In this document: positions 57,501 through 64,000 of the stretch, piece after piece | How the letters are laid out: each line of letters opens with the position of its first letter | How positions within the stretch are numbered: the first letter of the stretch is position 1 | Assembly: GCA_039714255.1 (NCBI GenBank) | Contig: JBDLJQ010000001.1 | Span: 96,251 to 160,250 of the forward strand | From: Acidobacteriota bacterium | Lineage (GTDB): Bacteria; Acidobacteriota; Aminicenantia; UBA2199 | Direction of reading: 5' to 3' | DNA length: 64,000 nucleotides | Translations under genes and position numbers: made by a program | The notes under the pieces: generated by a model | Told to the model about the DNA's origin: nothing | What the model saw: the letters and a program-made list of their open reading frames with translations, nothing else | The model's database searches: none

Positions 57501-58023
57501 CAATATAATAATCTTCCCCGAAAACCTCTTTATACCATTCAGCAGCTTTGTAGGCTTCCTCATCTTTTCCCCGTAGAAGGAGAAATGGTATTTCTCCCTG
57601 GATACAGGAAGAAAGAACAACCAGGCCTCCGCTGTATTTTTTTAGATTTTCTTTATCGATTCTGGGTTTCCTGTAAAATCCCTCCAGGAATGAAAGAGTG
57701 ATAAGTTGTGAGAGGTTTTTATATCCCTCTTCATTTTTTACCAGCACAACAAGATGATGATAATTTACTTCACCCTGGCCCTTTCTGGGACGATGATCGA
57801 TAGTAAAGGGGGTGATATACATTTCTGACCCTATAATTGCTTTAATACCATTAGCTTTTGCTTCTTTAAAGAAGCTTACAGCACCAAGGATATTTCCGTG
57901 GTCTGTCAGGGCCACCGCAGGCATATTCAGGTTCTTTACCTTTTTTATTAATGAAGAGATCTTCTGATTTGAATCAAGAAGGCTGTATTCGGAGTGGAGA
58001 TGCAAATGGATAAAACTTTTCAT
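54517..58023 (-). CDS. dnaE: DNA polymerase III alpha subunit
   Basis: PHP domain N-terminus (HLHLHSEYSLLDS), polymerase core, and an OB fold. 1168 aa. Confidence 0.95.
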   Translation of the reverse strand: MKSFIHLHLHSEYSLLDSNQKISSLIKKVKNLNMPAVALTDHGNILGAVSFFKEAKANGIKAIIGSEMYITPFTIDHRPRKGQGEVNYHHLVVLVKNEEGYKNLSQLITLSFLEGFYRKPRIDKENLKKYSGGLVVLSSCIQGEIPFLLLRGKDEEAYKAAEWYKEVFGEDYYIEIQNHGLDKQVEVLPRLVSLAGDLDIPLVATNDVHYLTREDSDAREILICLQTNEVLSNSERNMKKETDEMYLKSTEEMVELFKDYPSAIENTMEIAAKCNFEFRLGEYFLPKFNVPEEFSIDGYFELICRKGFERVKEDLIKDGKDISIYEERLNYEIEKIREMEFPGYFLIVWDIIRFSKENDILIGPGRGSVVGSLVSYVMGITSIDPLVYDLIFERFLNPERISLPDIDLDFDPERREDVIDYIRNKYGDENVAQIVTFGKMKAKLAIRDTGRVLEVPLGDVNKLAKMIPETPKVSLLAELEKNEELQSEIKRMDAAPKLMDYALKLENNIRNTGMHAAGVVIAPKKLTEFMPLYKAKDKIVTQFEKEEVEEIGLLKLDILGLKTLTIIKNILKSISEVEKLDVDLNNIPLDDKKVYKIFQDGHTDGIFQFESSGMRDFLKRSKPTRFEDLIVLNGLYRPGPLGTGMADTYVKRKIGKENVSYIFPETEEILSDTFGVIVFQEQVMRLSQVIAGFPMSKADEMRKIMGKKLTQKLPSVKKSFVEGAVKRGFNKKKAEELFSQMSTFAEYGFNKSHSTAYANLAYQTAYLKVHYPVYFMSALLSAESDKTSTDSKIIQYISESKKMNIEILPPDINKSFEKFSAETKNSIRFGLKGLKNVGGAAIRSFLKTREKEGLFKDFSDFILRADLSKANKAVLESLIKAGAFDSFNIKRRSLYESIEEVIRQASIIIKHRSKNQLSLFSEEEMDKIVLPKEKLALTEWHEAEIIQGEKETAGVYISHNPLEKFFLEIRKISNTSISKINSNEFSGDTVRLGGVVTSYKARKSKKGTFYGELYFEDLTGRIKLLIFGKSKRNGFRNNGFEERVVWEDLKDNLKLDFPYYLKGKLPDNGDTNKNIYVEELVELESFLKRRARKITININYDKLSDTFSEELTKKISRFRDSTPCFMIINKGDSERVVIRVENMKPTITMKQEIEKLTGKDSVQILYQK

Positions 58024-59562
58024 CTATTCCCACTCAATAGTTCCCGGGGGTTTCGATGTCAGGTCATAAGTAACCCTGTTTATTCCTTTTACTTCATTGA
58101 CTATCCTGTTTGCAACAGATTTAAGGAAATCGTGTGGTGCAGGGAACCAGTCGGCTGTCATTCCATCAATACTTTCAACTATCCTTACAACTGCCACATT
58201 TTCATAGGTTCTTATATCACCCATAACTCCTACACTTTTTACCGGCAGTATGACAACAAATGCCTGCCATACTTTTTTATATAGATCGAAATTATCAAGT
58301 TCCTCTTTCAGAATTGCATCTGCTTCCTGTAATTTTTTTATCTTTTCTTTTGTTATTCTGCCAAGGATCCGAATTGCCAGTCCGGGGCCCGGGAAAGGAT
58401 GCCTTTGTATGAACCTCTTTTCAAGCCCAAGTTCTTTCCCCACTTCCCTCACCTCATCTTTAAACAGTTCTCTGAAAGGCTCAACCAGCTTCCACCTCAT
58501 TTTATCAGGTAGTCCTCCTACATTATGATGGCTTTTAATAGTGGCTGAAGGCCCTTTAACAGAAACCGATTCAATAACATCCGGATATAATGTACCCTGT
58601 GCGAAAAGTTTAACTTTTCCTATTTTATCTTCAACTGTACTGAAAATATCAATAAATGTTTTTCCAATTATTTTTCTTTTAGATTCCGGAGAACTTATAT
58701 TCTTCAGGTTTTTTAAAAAGATACTTCCCGCATCTATCCCGGTTACATTAAGTTTAAGTTCTTCCCTGAATCTTTTCATCAGGGTTTTATACTCATTCTT
58801 CCTCAATAGCCCGGTATCAATGAAAACCGGTGTTAACTGGTCACCAATTGCTTTTTTTAACAAGAGGGCAAGTACCGTAGAGTCAACACCCCCACTTAAG
58901 CCGAGAATTACTTTCTCTTTACCCACCATCTCTCTTATGCTTTTTATAGATGCTTTAATAAAATTTCCCATACTCCAGTCGGGAACAAGTTTTGCTATGT
59001 GAAAAAGAAAATTGGAGAGGATCTTTTTTCCCTCTTCTGTATGAACAACTTCCGCATGGAACTGGATCCCGAATATTTTTCTTTCAATTGATTCAAAAAC
59101 GGCAATCTCACTGTTTTTTGTTCTTCCGGTCACAATAAAATCTTCCGGATATTCCGTGATCTTATCGCCATGACTCATCCATACTGAAGATCTATTTCTG
59201 ACACCTTTCAGCAATCCGCTATCCTTAAGAACTTCAAGTTTTGCAAGGCCATATTCCCTTTCATCAGCCGGATCAACTTTCATACCACCCAGATAGGCAA
59301 TAAGCTGTAATCCATAGCATATTCCAAGAACCGGGACCCCAAGCTGAAGGATATTTTCTTCAACCCTGGGAGCATTTTTTTCATAGACACTTGAAGGCCC
59401 GCCTGAAAAAATAATTGCCCCCGGAGCTTTTTTTCTGATCTCTTTTAAAGGAGTATTAAAGGGCAGTATCTCACAGTAAACCTTTAATTCTCTTACCCTG
59501 CGGGCAATAAGCTGGGTATACTGGGAACCAAAATCTAAAACTATTACACTATTATTGTTCAT
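58024..59562 (-). CDS. guaA: GMP synthase (glutamine-hydrolysing)
   Basis: GATase domain (GICYGLQ) plus the ATP-PPase SGGVDS motif. It ends with the canonical TIEWE. Confidence 0.95.
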   Translation of the reverse strand: MNNNSVIVLDFGSQYTQLIARRVRELKVYCEILPFNTPLKEIRKKAPGAIIFSGGPSSVYEKNAPRVEENILQLGVPVLGICYGLQLIAYLGGMKVDPADEREYGLAKLEVLKDSGLLKGVRNRSSVWMSHGDKITEYPEDFIVTGRTKNSEIAVFESIERKIFGIQFHAEVVHTEEGKKILSNFLFHIAKLVPDWSMGNFIKASIKSIREMVGKEKVILGLSGGVDSTVLALLLKKAIGDQLTPVFIDTGLLRKNEYKTLMKRFREELKLNVTGIDAGSIFLKNLKNISSPESKRKIIGKTFIDIFSTVEDKIGKVKLFAQGTLYPDVIESVSVKGPSATIKSHHNVGGLPDKMRWKLVEPFRELFKDEVREVGKELGLEKRFIQRHPFPGPGLAIRILGRITKEKIKKLQEADAILKEELDNFDLYKKVWQAFVVILPVKSVGVMGDIRTYENVAVVRIVESIDGMTADWFPAPHDFLKSVANRIVNEVKGINRVTYDLTSKPPGTIEWE

Positions 59563-59602
59563 TTGAATTCTAATTAAAATTATATAATAAAAAGGACAGT
59601 GA

Positions 59603-60142
59603 TTAAAGTAATTTCAGCAGTCCGGAAGTGATCATTCCGAAAATAATTCTTGATGTATCAAAAATATTTATCCCTGATTCATTTGATATTTCAGAGATAC
59701 TTCTACGTCCATCAATATTGGAAATTACCAGCCACTCAAGAGTGGAAAGTGATATTTTTCTACGTTCCCCTTTGTCTATTTCGCTGAATGACGGGACTGA
59801 ATCAATGGATCCGATCTTTTTCCTCAGCAATTTCCATTCATCAATCCTTCTTGCAGAATCCATTAATAAAGAGGTTATCGATTTTGTTATTGAAACTTCC
59901 ACATCAAAATTCTGTTCTTCAAAAACGAAATCACCCTTTCCCCATGAGATCAATGTGAAAACAGCATCTTCCCCTTTAAAGTTACCAACTTCAGAATGAG
60001 AAATTGCCCCTTCTTTTATATATATATATCCCTTCTCCCCGGTATCCTTTTCAAGGACAAAACGACCACTTTGTCTGGAATTAGAGACCAGTTGCATTAT
60101 ATCAGCTAAATTAATCGAATCAAGAGAACCTTTTAAACTCAT
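59603..60142 (-). CDS. DUF4388-domain protein
   Basis: [29 protein letters not shown] matches the DUF4388 N-terminal signature (GxLxxxxLxDLLQxL...TGxLxL). Confidence 0.55.
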   Translation of the reverse strand: MSLKGSLDSINLADIMQLVSNSRQSGRFVLEKDTGEKGYIYIKEGAISHSEVGNFKGEDAVFTLISWGKGDFVFEEQNFDVEVSITKSITSLLMDSARRIDEWKLLRKKIGSIDSVPSFSEIDKGERRKISLSTLEWLVISNIDGRRSISEISNESGINIFDTSRIIFGMITSGLLKLL

Positions 60143-60145
60143 TTT

Positions 60146-60163
60146 TATATAATTAATTATATA
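60146..60163. promoter_or_regulatory. 18-bp perfect palindrome TATATAATTAATTATATA at the divergent DUF4388 / hypothetical-gene promoter
   Basis: The sequence is self-complementary and sits 4 nt upstream of the DUF4388 start codon (minus strand), in a 187-bp AT-rich intergenic region. Confidence 0.5.
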
Positions 60164-60329
60164 AATTTAACAGATTTTGTCAAGAACTATTCTCAATTTT
60201 ATACAAAATAAAGATATATATTCAAATAATTATTCAAATTTTAGAGTTTAAAAAATTAAATTGAATGCAAAACCTTACAATAATACGGTTTTTGTTGAAA
60301 AATCTGACTTTATAATTTAAAATAGGCTC

Positions 60330-61715
60330 ATGGAAAATAAAGAGATAGAAAACGTCGGAGATTTTTTTATTGAAAATAAAACAAATCTGACCCTTGAGGA
60401 GAAATGGGACAAACTCTATGAAAGCTGGATCAATAAAGTTGATAGCGAAAAACATATGCTCAGCCTTTTTGAATTAAAATTATGGTTGGAAAGTATTGAA
60501 GAATTTTTTTCCTCTGATTATCTTGAATCAATTATTTTTAAATTTCAGACAGTAGATTCCAGAGATTATTCTTTTTACCTTAATACTTTTTCAAAAATTC
60601 TGGGAAAGATACTTAAACAACTTAAGGACCTGGATTTCAAGAAGGATAAAAGGCTTATTAATTTTGAAGAATTTATTGTAGAAAAAGTTCTTGAAAAATC
60701 AGGCTCAAACAGATTTCCTTCTTTGAGGGATATAAATTCCCCGGAATCATGGTTTTTCAGCTTCAGAACATTCCTGCATAATATCAGAGTTATCTCAAAT
60801 GACCTCGTTAAATCTGAGATACTTTCTCAACGGACCTTTTCTTCTGTAAAAAAACTTTACCACAAAGAACTTTTGAATAACCCGATAATCATTTCACTGC
60901 TTAACGGAAAATTCATTCCAAAAATGGATAAAATATACCAGAAAGATATTTCAGATATAATAAGTGAAATAGGGGAAAAAAAACTGAAAAAGAATATTGG
61001 TATTCTGTATATCCTCGCTTTCAGAACTTTGAAAGTCAATAACTTTATTGAGCTTAATATAAAAAAAAACAGGGATACAAATATTTCTATTCCCCTTATT
61101 CTTGCTCTGAAAAAACATATAAACAGTATAGATAAATTTTATCGGGGAAGGCTGAATGATACATTATTAGAATCTGAAATACCTCAAAAGCATCAGGCTC
61201 AACTCAGTAAAGCATTTAATTCTTTTCATCAGGAATACAAAAAAATATTCGAAACTGAATTTTTAAATTTTTTTCATACCGATCCGGAAAAATTCAACAA
61301 ACGAAATCTGTTGAGGAATATAGTTTATATTTCCGATATAGCAATTCAGGAGTTGATCGAAAATATTTCAAAACTTTTTAATCCTGAATTTGAAGGTGTT
61401 ACTATTTTTGAAAATTATCTTTCCCGCAACCAGAGATCTGTTGTTTTAAAAAAGAAGTTAATGAGCCTTCATACAAAAATAAACGATTTTTTTTCAAAAA
61501 AAGGTTCAATATCATCATCTGATCTTTTCTTTGAACTAAACCTGTTTATTGAGACCGACCTGAACTTCCTTCTTTATAAAGACTGGAGTGAGTTCCTGAA
61601 TCACTATAATAATCTGCAAAAATCTGACTTTACGCCGGAATTTAAATTAAATTTAAAAGCATTTCATACTTATATAACAGAAATACTAAAAGAGATAGTC
61701 GACAACAAAGGCTGA
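60330..61715 (+). CDS. Hypothetical all-alpha protein (461 aa), no recognised domain
   Basis: Long ORF with an RBS-like sequence upstream, divergent from the DUF4388 gene and followed by ndk. Confidence 0.45.
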   Translation: MENKEIENVGDFFIENKTNLTLEEKWDKLYESWINKVDSEKHMLSLFELKLWLESIEEFFSSDYLESIIFKFQTVDSRDYSFYLNTFSKILGKILKQLKDLDFKKDKRLINFEEFIVEKVLEKSGSNRFPSLRDINSPESWFFSFRTFLHNIRVISNDLVKSEILSQRTFSSVKKLYHKELLNNPIIISLLNGKFIPKMDKIYQKDISDIISEIGEKKLKKNIGILYILAFRTLKVNNFIELNIKKNRDTNISIPLILALKKHINSIDKFYRGRLNDTLLESEIPQKHQAQLSKAFNSFHQEYKKIFETEFLNFFHTDPEKFNKRNLLRNIVYISDIAIQELIENISKLFNPEFEGVTIFENYLSRNQRSVVLKKKLMSLHTKINDFFSKKGSISSSDLFFELNLFIETDLNFLLYKDWSEFLNHYNNLQKSDFTPEFKLNLKAFHTYITEILKEIVDNKG

Positions 61716-61737
61716 TCTGTTTATTAGGAGGTTCAAT

Positions 61738-62190
61738 TTGAACACAGAAAAGACATTTGTAATGGTTAAACCTGACGGAGTCCAGAGAGGCCTGGTGGGA
61801 GAAGTAATATCAAGATTTGAAAAAAAAGGATTAAGGATAGCCGGGATAAAAATGGTAAATATCCACAGAGAACTTGCATCAAAACACTATAATGAACACA
61901 GGGAAAAACCTTTTTATGAAGACCTGATCAGGTTTATTACTTCAGGCCCTGTTGTAGCAATGGTCCTGGACGGCCCTGATGCAATCTCCATTGTCAGAAA
62001 ACTGGTTGGTGCAACAGCACCTCAAAATGCGGAACCCGGATCCATAAGGGGTGACTATGTTGTTTTTACAACTTTTAATATAGTACATGCCTCTGATTCA
62101 ACGGAATCTTCTGACAGAGAGATAGACTTATTTTTCACTGAGTCCGAGCTGACAGAATATAAACTTGATATCCAGAACAATCTATACTAA
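61738..62190 (+). CDS. ndk: Nucleoside-diphosphate kinase
   Basis: TFVMVKPDGVQRGLVGEVISRFE, with the NIVHASD active-site His. Confidence 0.92.
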   Translation: MNTEKTFVMVKPDGVQRGLVGEVISRFEKKGLRIAGIKMVNIHRELASKHYNEHREKPFYEDLIRFITSGPVVAMVLDGPDAISIVRKLVGATAPQNAEPGSIRGDYVVFTTFNIVHASDSTESSDREIDLFFTESELTEYKLDIQNNLY

Positions 62191-62207
62191 ATAATAAAAC
62201 TCTTATA

Positions 62208-63104
62208 ATGCGGTCCGGAGAGAGGATTTTAGTTATTCTTAACCCTTCTTCAGGAGTCGTATCAAAAGATGTAGCTGCATCCTATATTTTTAAAAAGCTG
62301 ACAAAGAGCTTTGATACCGTATCATTAATAAACTCGAATTCTCCTGAGGACGGTTATAATATTGCAAAAAAAGGCCTTGACAGCTTTGATGTTATTACTG
62401 CATTCGGAGGAGACGGAACTATAAATTCCATTGCCTCTGCTCTTGTAGGTACAGACAAAACCCTGGGAATCCTTCCCGGAGGATCGGGCAACGGGTTGAT
62501 AAGAAACCTTAAAATTTCATTGTCGTGGAGAAGTGCTCTTGATACTCTTATCAACGGAAAGGATAAATATATTGATATAGGAAAAATTAACAATTCATAT
62601 TTTTTTAATGTTGCAGGGGTAGGGCTGGATGGTTTTATTTCGAAAAAATTTAACCTTGAATCAAAAACCAGAGGGATCACTCCATATATTTATTATGCTT
62701 TAAAAGGCTATTTTGAAATGCCTTCATTTAAAGTAAAAATTAACAGTGATGATATTGAGTTTGATGAAGAAATTATGCTGATTGCTTTTGCAAATTTTCA
62801 GCAATATGGAGGTAATGCTATTATTGCACCTTTTGCCGATCCTTTTGACGGCTATCTTGATCTTTGTATTATTAAAAACTTTAAGTTCGTCAAAAGTGCC
62901 CTGAACCTTAAAAGGGTATTTAACGGTAATATTCATAAGTTCCCTTTTTATAACACCTTTAAGTTTAAAAAAGCACATATTGAAGCTATTGACATAAAAA
63001 TCCCATCTACAATTGACGGGGAATACGGGGGAGAAGACAGGAAGGATTATTTAATTGAAGTTGTTCCCAAAAGTATAAAAATAAGAACTCCCGGGAATAA
63101 ATAA
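62208..63104 (+). CDS. Diacylglycerol-kinase-catalytic-domain lipid kinase (YegS/BmrU-like)
   Basis: NPSSG...GGDGT motif and a DAGK_cat fold. Confidence 0.75.
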   Translation: MRSGERILVILNPSSGVVSKDVAASYIFKKLTKSFDTVSLINSNSPEDGYNIAKKGLDSFDVITAFGGDGTINSIASALVGTDKTLGILPGGSGNGLIRNLKISLSWRSALDTLINGKDKYIDIGKINNSYFFNVAGVGLDGFISKKFNLESKTRGITPYIYYALKGYFEMPSFKVKINSDDIEFDEEIMLIAFANFQQYGGNAIIAPFADPFDGYLDLCIIKNFKFVKSALNLKRVFNGNIHKFPFYNTFKFKKAHIEAIDIKIPSTIDGEYGGEDRKDYLIEVVPKSIKIRTPGNK

Positions 63105-63155
63105 AAAAGGGAGACTTAAAAAAGTCTCCCTTCTATTTTAGTAACTCTAATATAC

Positions 63156-63596
63156 TTATTCTATAGACGTACCCTGCTCAGTTACCAGACCAACAATTTC
63201 TATCTGTGCATTTTTTATAAGGTTCATAACATCGACAACATATCCATATTCAAGATCAACATCAGCTTTCAAAAGTACTTTGCTCGCCCTGTCCTGAGCG
63301 TCTTCCATTATTGCTTCAATCTTGGAAACAAGGTCACTTTCTTCAATCACTTTATTATCAAGAAATATTTCTACAGCATTGGTAACTTTATTTAACCTCA
63401 GGGTTACTTCGGTTATTTTTCCCGGCTCAGGCTGAGTGTTATAATTTACCGACTCAGGCAAAGTAACATTTGCCCCTTTTTGAACCATTGGAGTAATAAC
63501 CATAAAGATAATAAGAAGAACCAGCAATATATCACACAGGGGTACTACATTTGGTTCTGATTTTGTAGATTTCGACCCTGTATCACCGCCAGCCAT
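63156..63596 (-). CDS. exbD: Biopolymer transport protein ExbD/TolR
   Basis: Single N-terminal TM helix (LCDILLVLLIIFMV) and an ExbD periplasmic domain. Downstream of exbB. Confidence 0.8.
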   Translation of the reverse strand: MAGGDTGSKSTKSEPNVVPLCDILLVLLIIFMVITPMVQKGANVTLPESVNYNTQPEPGKITEVTLRLNKVTNAVEIFLDNKVIEESDLVSKIEAIMEDAQDRASKVLLKADVDLEYGYVVDVMNLIKNAQIEIVGLVTEQGTSIE

Positions 63597-63598
63597 AA

Positions 63599-64000
63599 TC
63601 AGGCTCCTTTATTTTTTAATTTAATAAAGTGGTCTATAAGCTCAGATGAAGCGTTTGCCATTTCACCGGTAAAAATATCAACCTTGTTGAGCAGTGAATT
63701 AAAGAACCAGACAGCAACAATAGCAACACCGATCCCGACTCCGGTTGAAACAAGAGCTTCAGCAATACCGGCAGCAACAGTACCAATACCACCTGAGCCG
63801 GAAATAGACATACTCTGGAATGAATTAATAATTCCAAAAACAGTTCCGAACAGTCCAACAAAAGGTGCTGTTGAACCGATTGATGCCAGAGAGTTCAAAC
63901 CTCTCTTAAATTCGTGAACACCCTTAATGGTTGCCCTTTCAATAGCTCTTTTTGCAGATTCAACCTGTTCCACATAAGATGCTTTTGCATCTTCCTGGAA
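63599..64000 (-). CDS. exbB: MotA/TolQ/ExbB proton-channel protein, C-terminal part only (gene starts beyond the window end)
   Basis: APFVGLFGTVFGIINSF... is the ExbB/TolQ TM2-TM3 signature. The frame stays open to position 64000. The ORF-track 'Met' at 63973 is an internal GTG. Confidence 0.8.
   Translation of the reverse strand, partial: FQEDAKASYVEQVESAKRAIERATIKGVHEFKRGLNSLASIGSTAPFVGLFGTVFGIINSFQSMSISGSGGIGTVAAGIAEALVSTGVGIGVAIVAVWFFNSLLNKVDIFTGEMANASSELIDHFIKLKNKGA

Noticed and set aside
1-64000. CRISPR arrays, transposases, integrases, restriction-modification or toxin-antitoxin genes
   Set aside because: I scanned for regularly spaced direct repeats and for nuclease, methyltransferase or recombinase motifs in all ORFs and found none. 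The only repeats found are the short regulatory-scale ones reported.

Overview
The window is a 64 kb stretch of a low-G+C bacterial chromosome, and most of it is housekeeping sequence. It appears to come from a diderm organism, since it carries LptF/LptG, an LptD-like outer-membrane protein next to rsmA, ExbB/ExbD and type IV pilus secretin-side genes. Its metabolism looks anaerobic and amino-acid-fermenting (urocanase, formate-THF ligase, butyrate kinase, aconitase B, U32 peptidase). It runs from a pilQ(partial)-pilP-pilO-pilN-pilM cluster on the minus strand to a partial exbB. In between lie several conserved operons: rplU-rpmA-obg-nadD-rsfS-(sigma54 EBP)-rlmH, purD-purE-mtaB, htrA-dapF-like, truB-nrnA-rbfA-DUF503-infB-nusA, and dnaE/guaA. 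I found no CRISPR array, tRNA or rRNA gene, transposase, integrase, or recognisable restriction, toxin or defence gene. I therefore cannot point to one clear-cut novel system, and the items below are the ones most worth a second look. (1) A receiver-less sigma54 enhancer-binding protein sits inside the rsfS-rlmH operon, and its Walker B 'DE' is naturally replaced by 'NQ', the classic ATP-trap substitution. (2) A DapF-fold protein is translationally coupled to htrA and has both catalytic cysteines replaced by serine. (3) A bacterial cereblon-like CULT-domain protein sits next to a small unknown protein. (4) An ECF sigma / zinc-binding anti-sigma pair is followed by a LiaF-like module split across three genes (two DUF5668 membrane proteins and a separate DUF4097 toastrack). 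(5) mtnP, a butyrate-kinase homologue and an unknown gene form a tightly coupled operon. (6) A DUF4388 gene and an uncharacterised 461-aa gene are transcribed divergently around an 18-bp perfect palindrome. (7) Several non-coding signals stand out: a 26-bp perfect direct repeat between pilM and rplU, a G+C-rich structured intergenic element upstream of tsaC, and an AATGACA repeat array upstream of a Yip1 gene. All protein calls rest on my reading of the supplied translations and on remembered family motifs. No database search was run.
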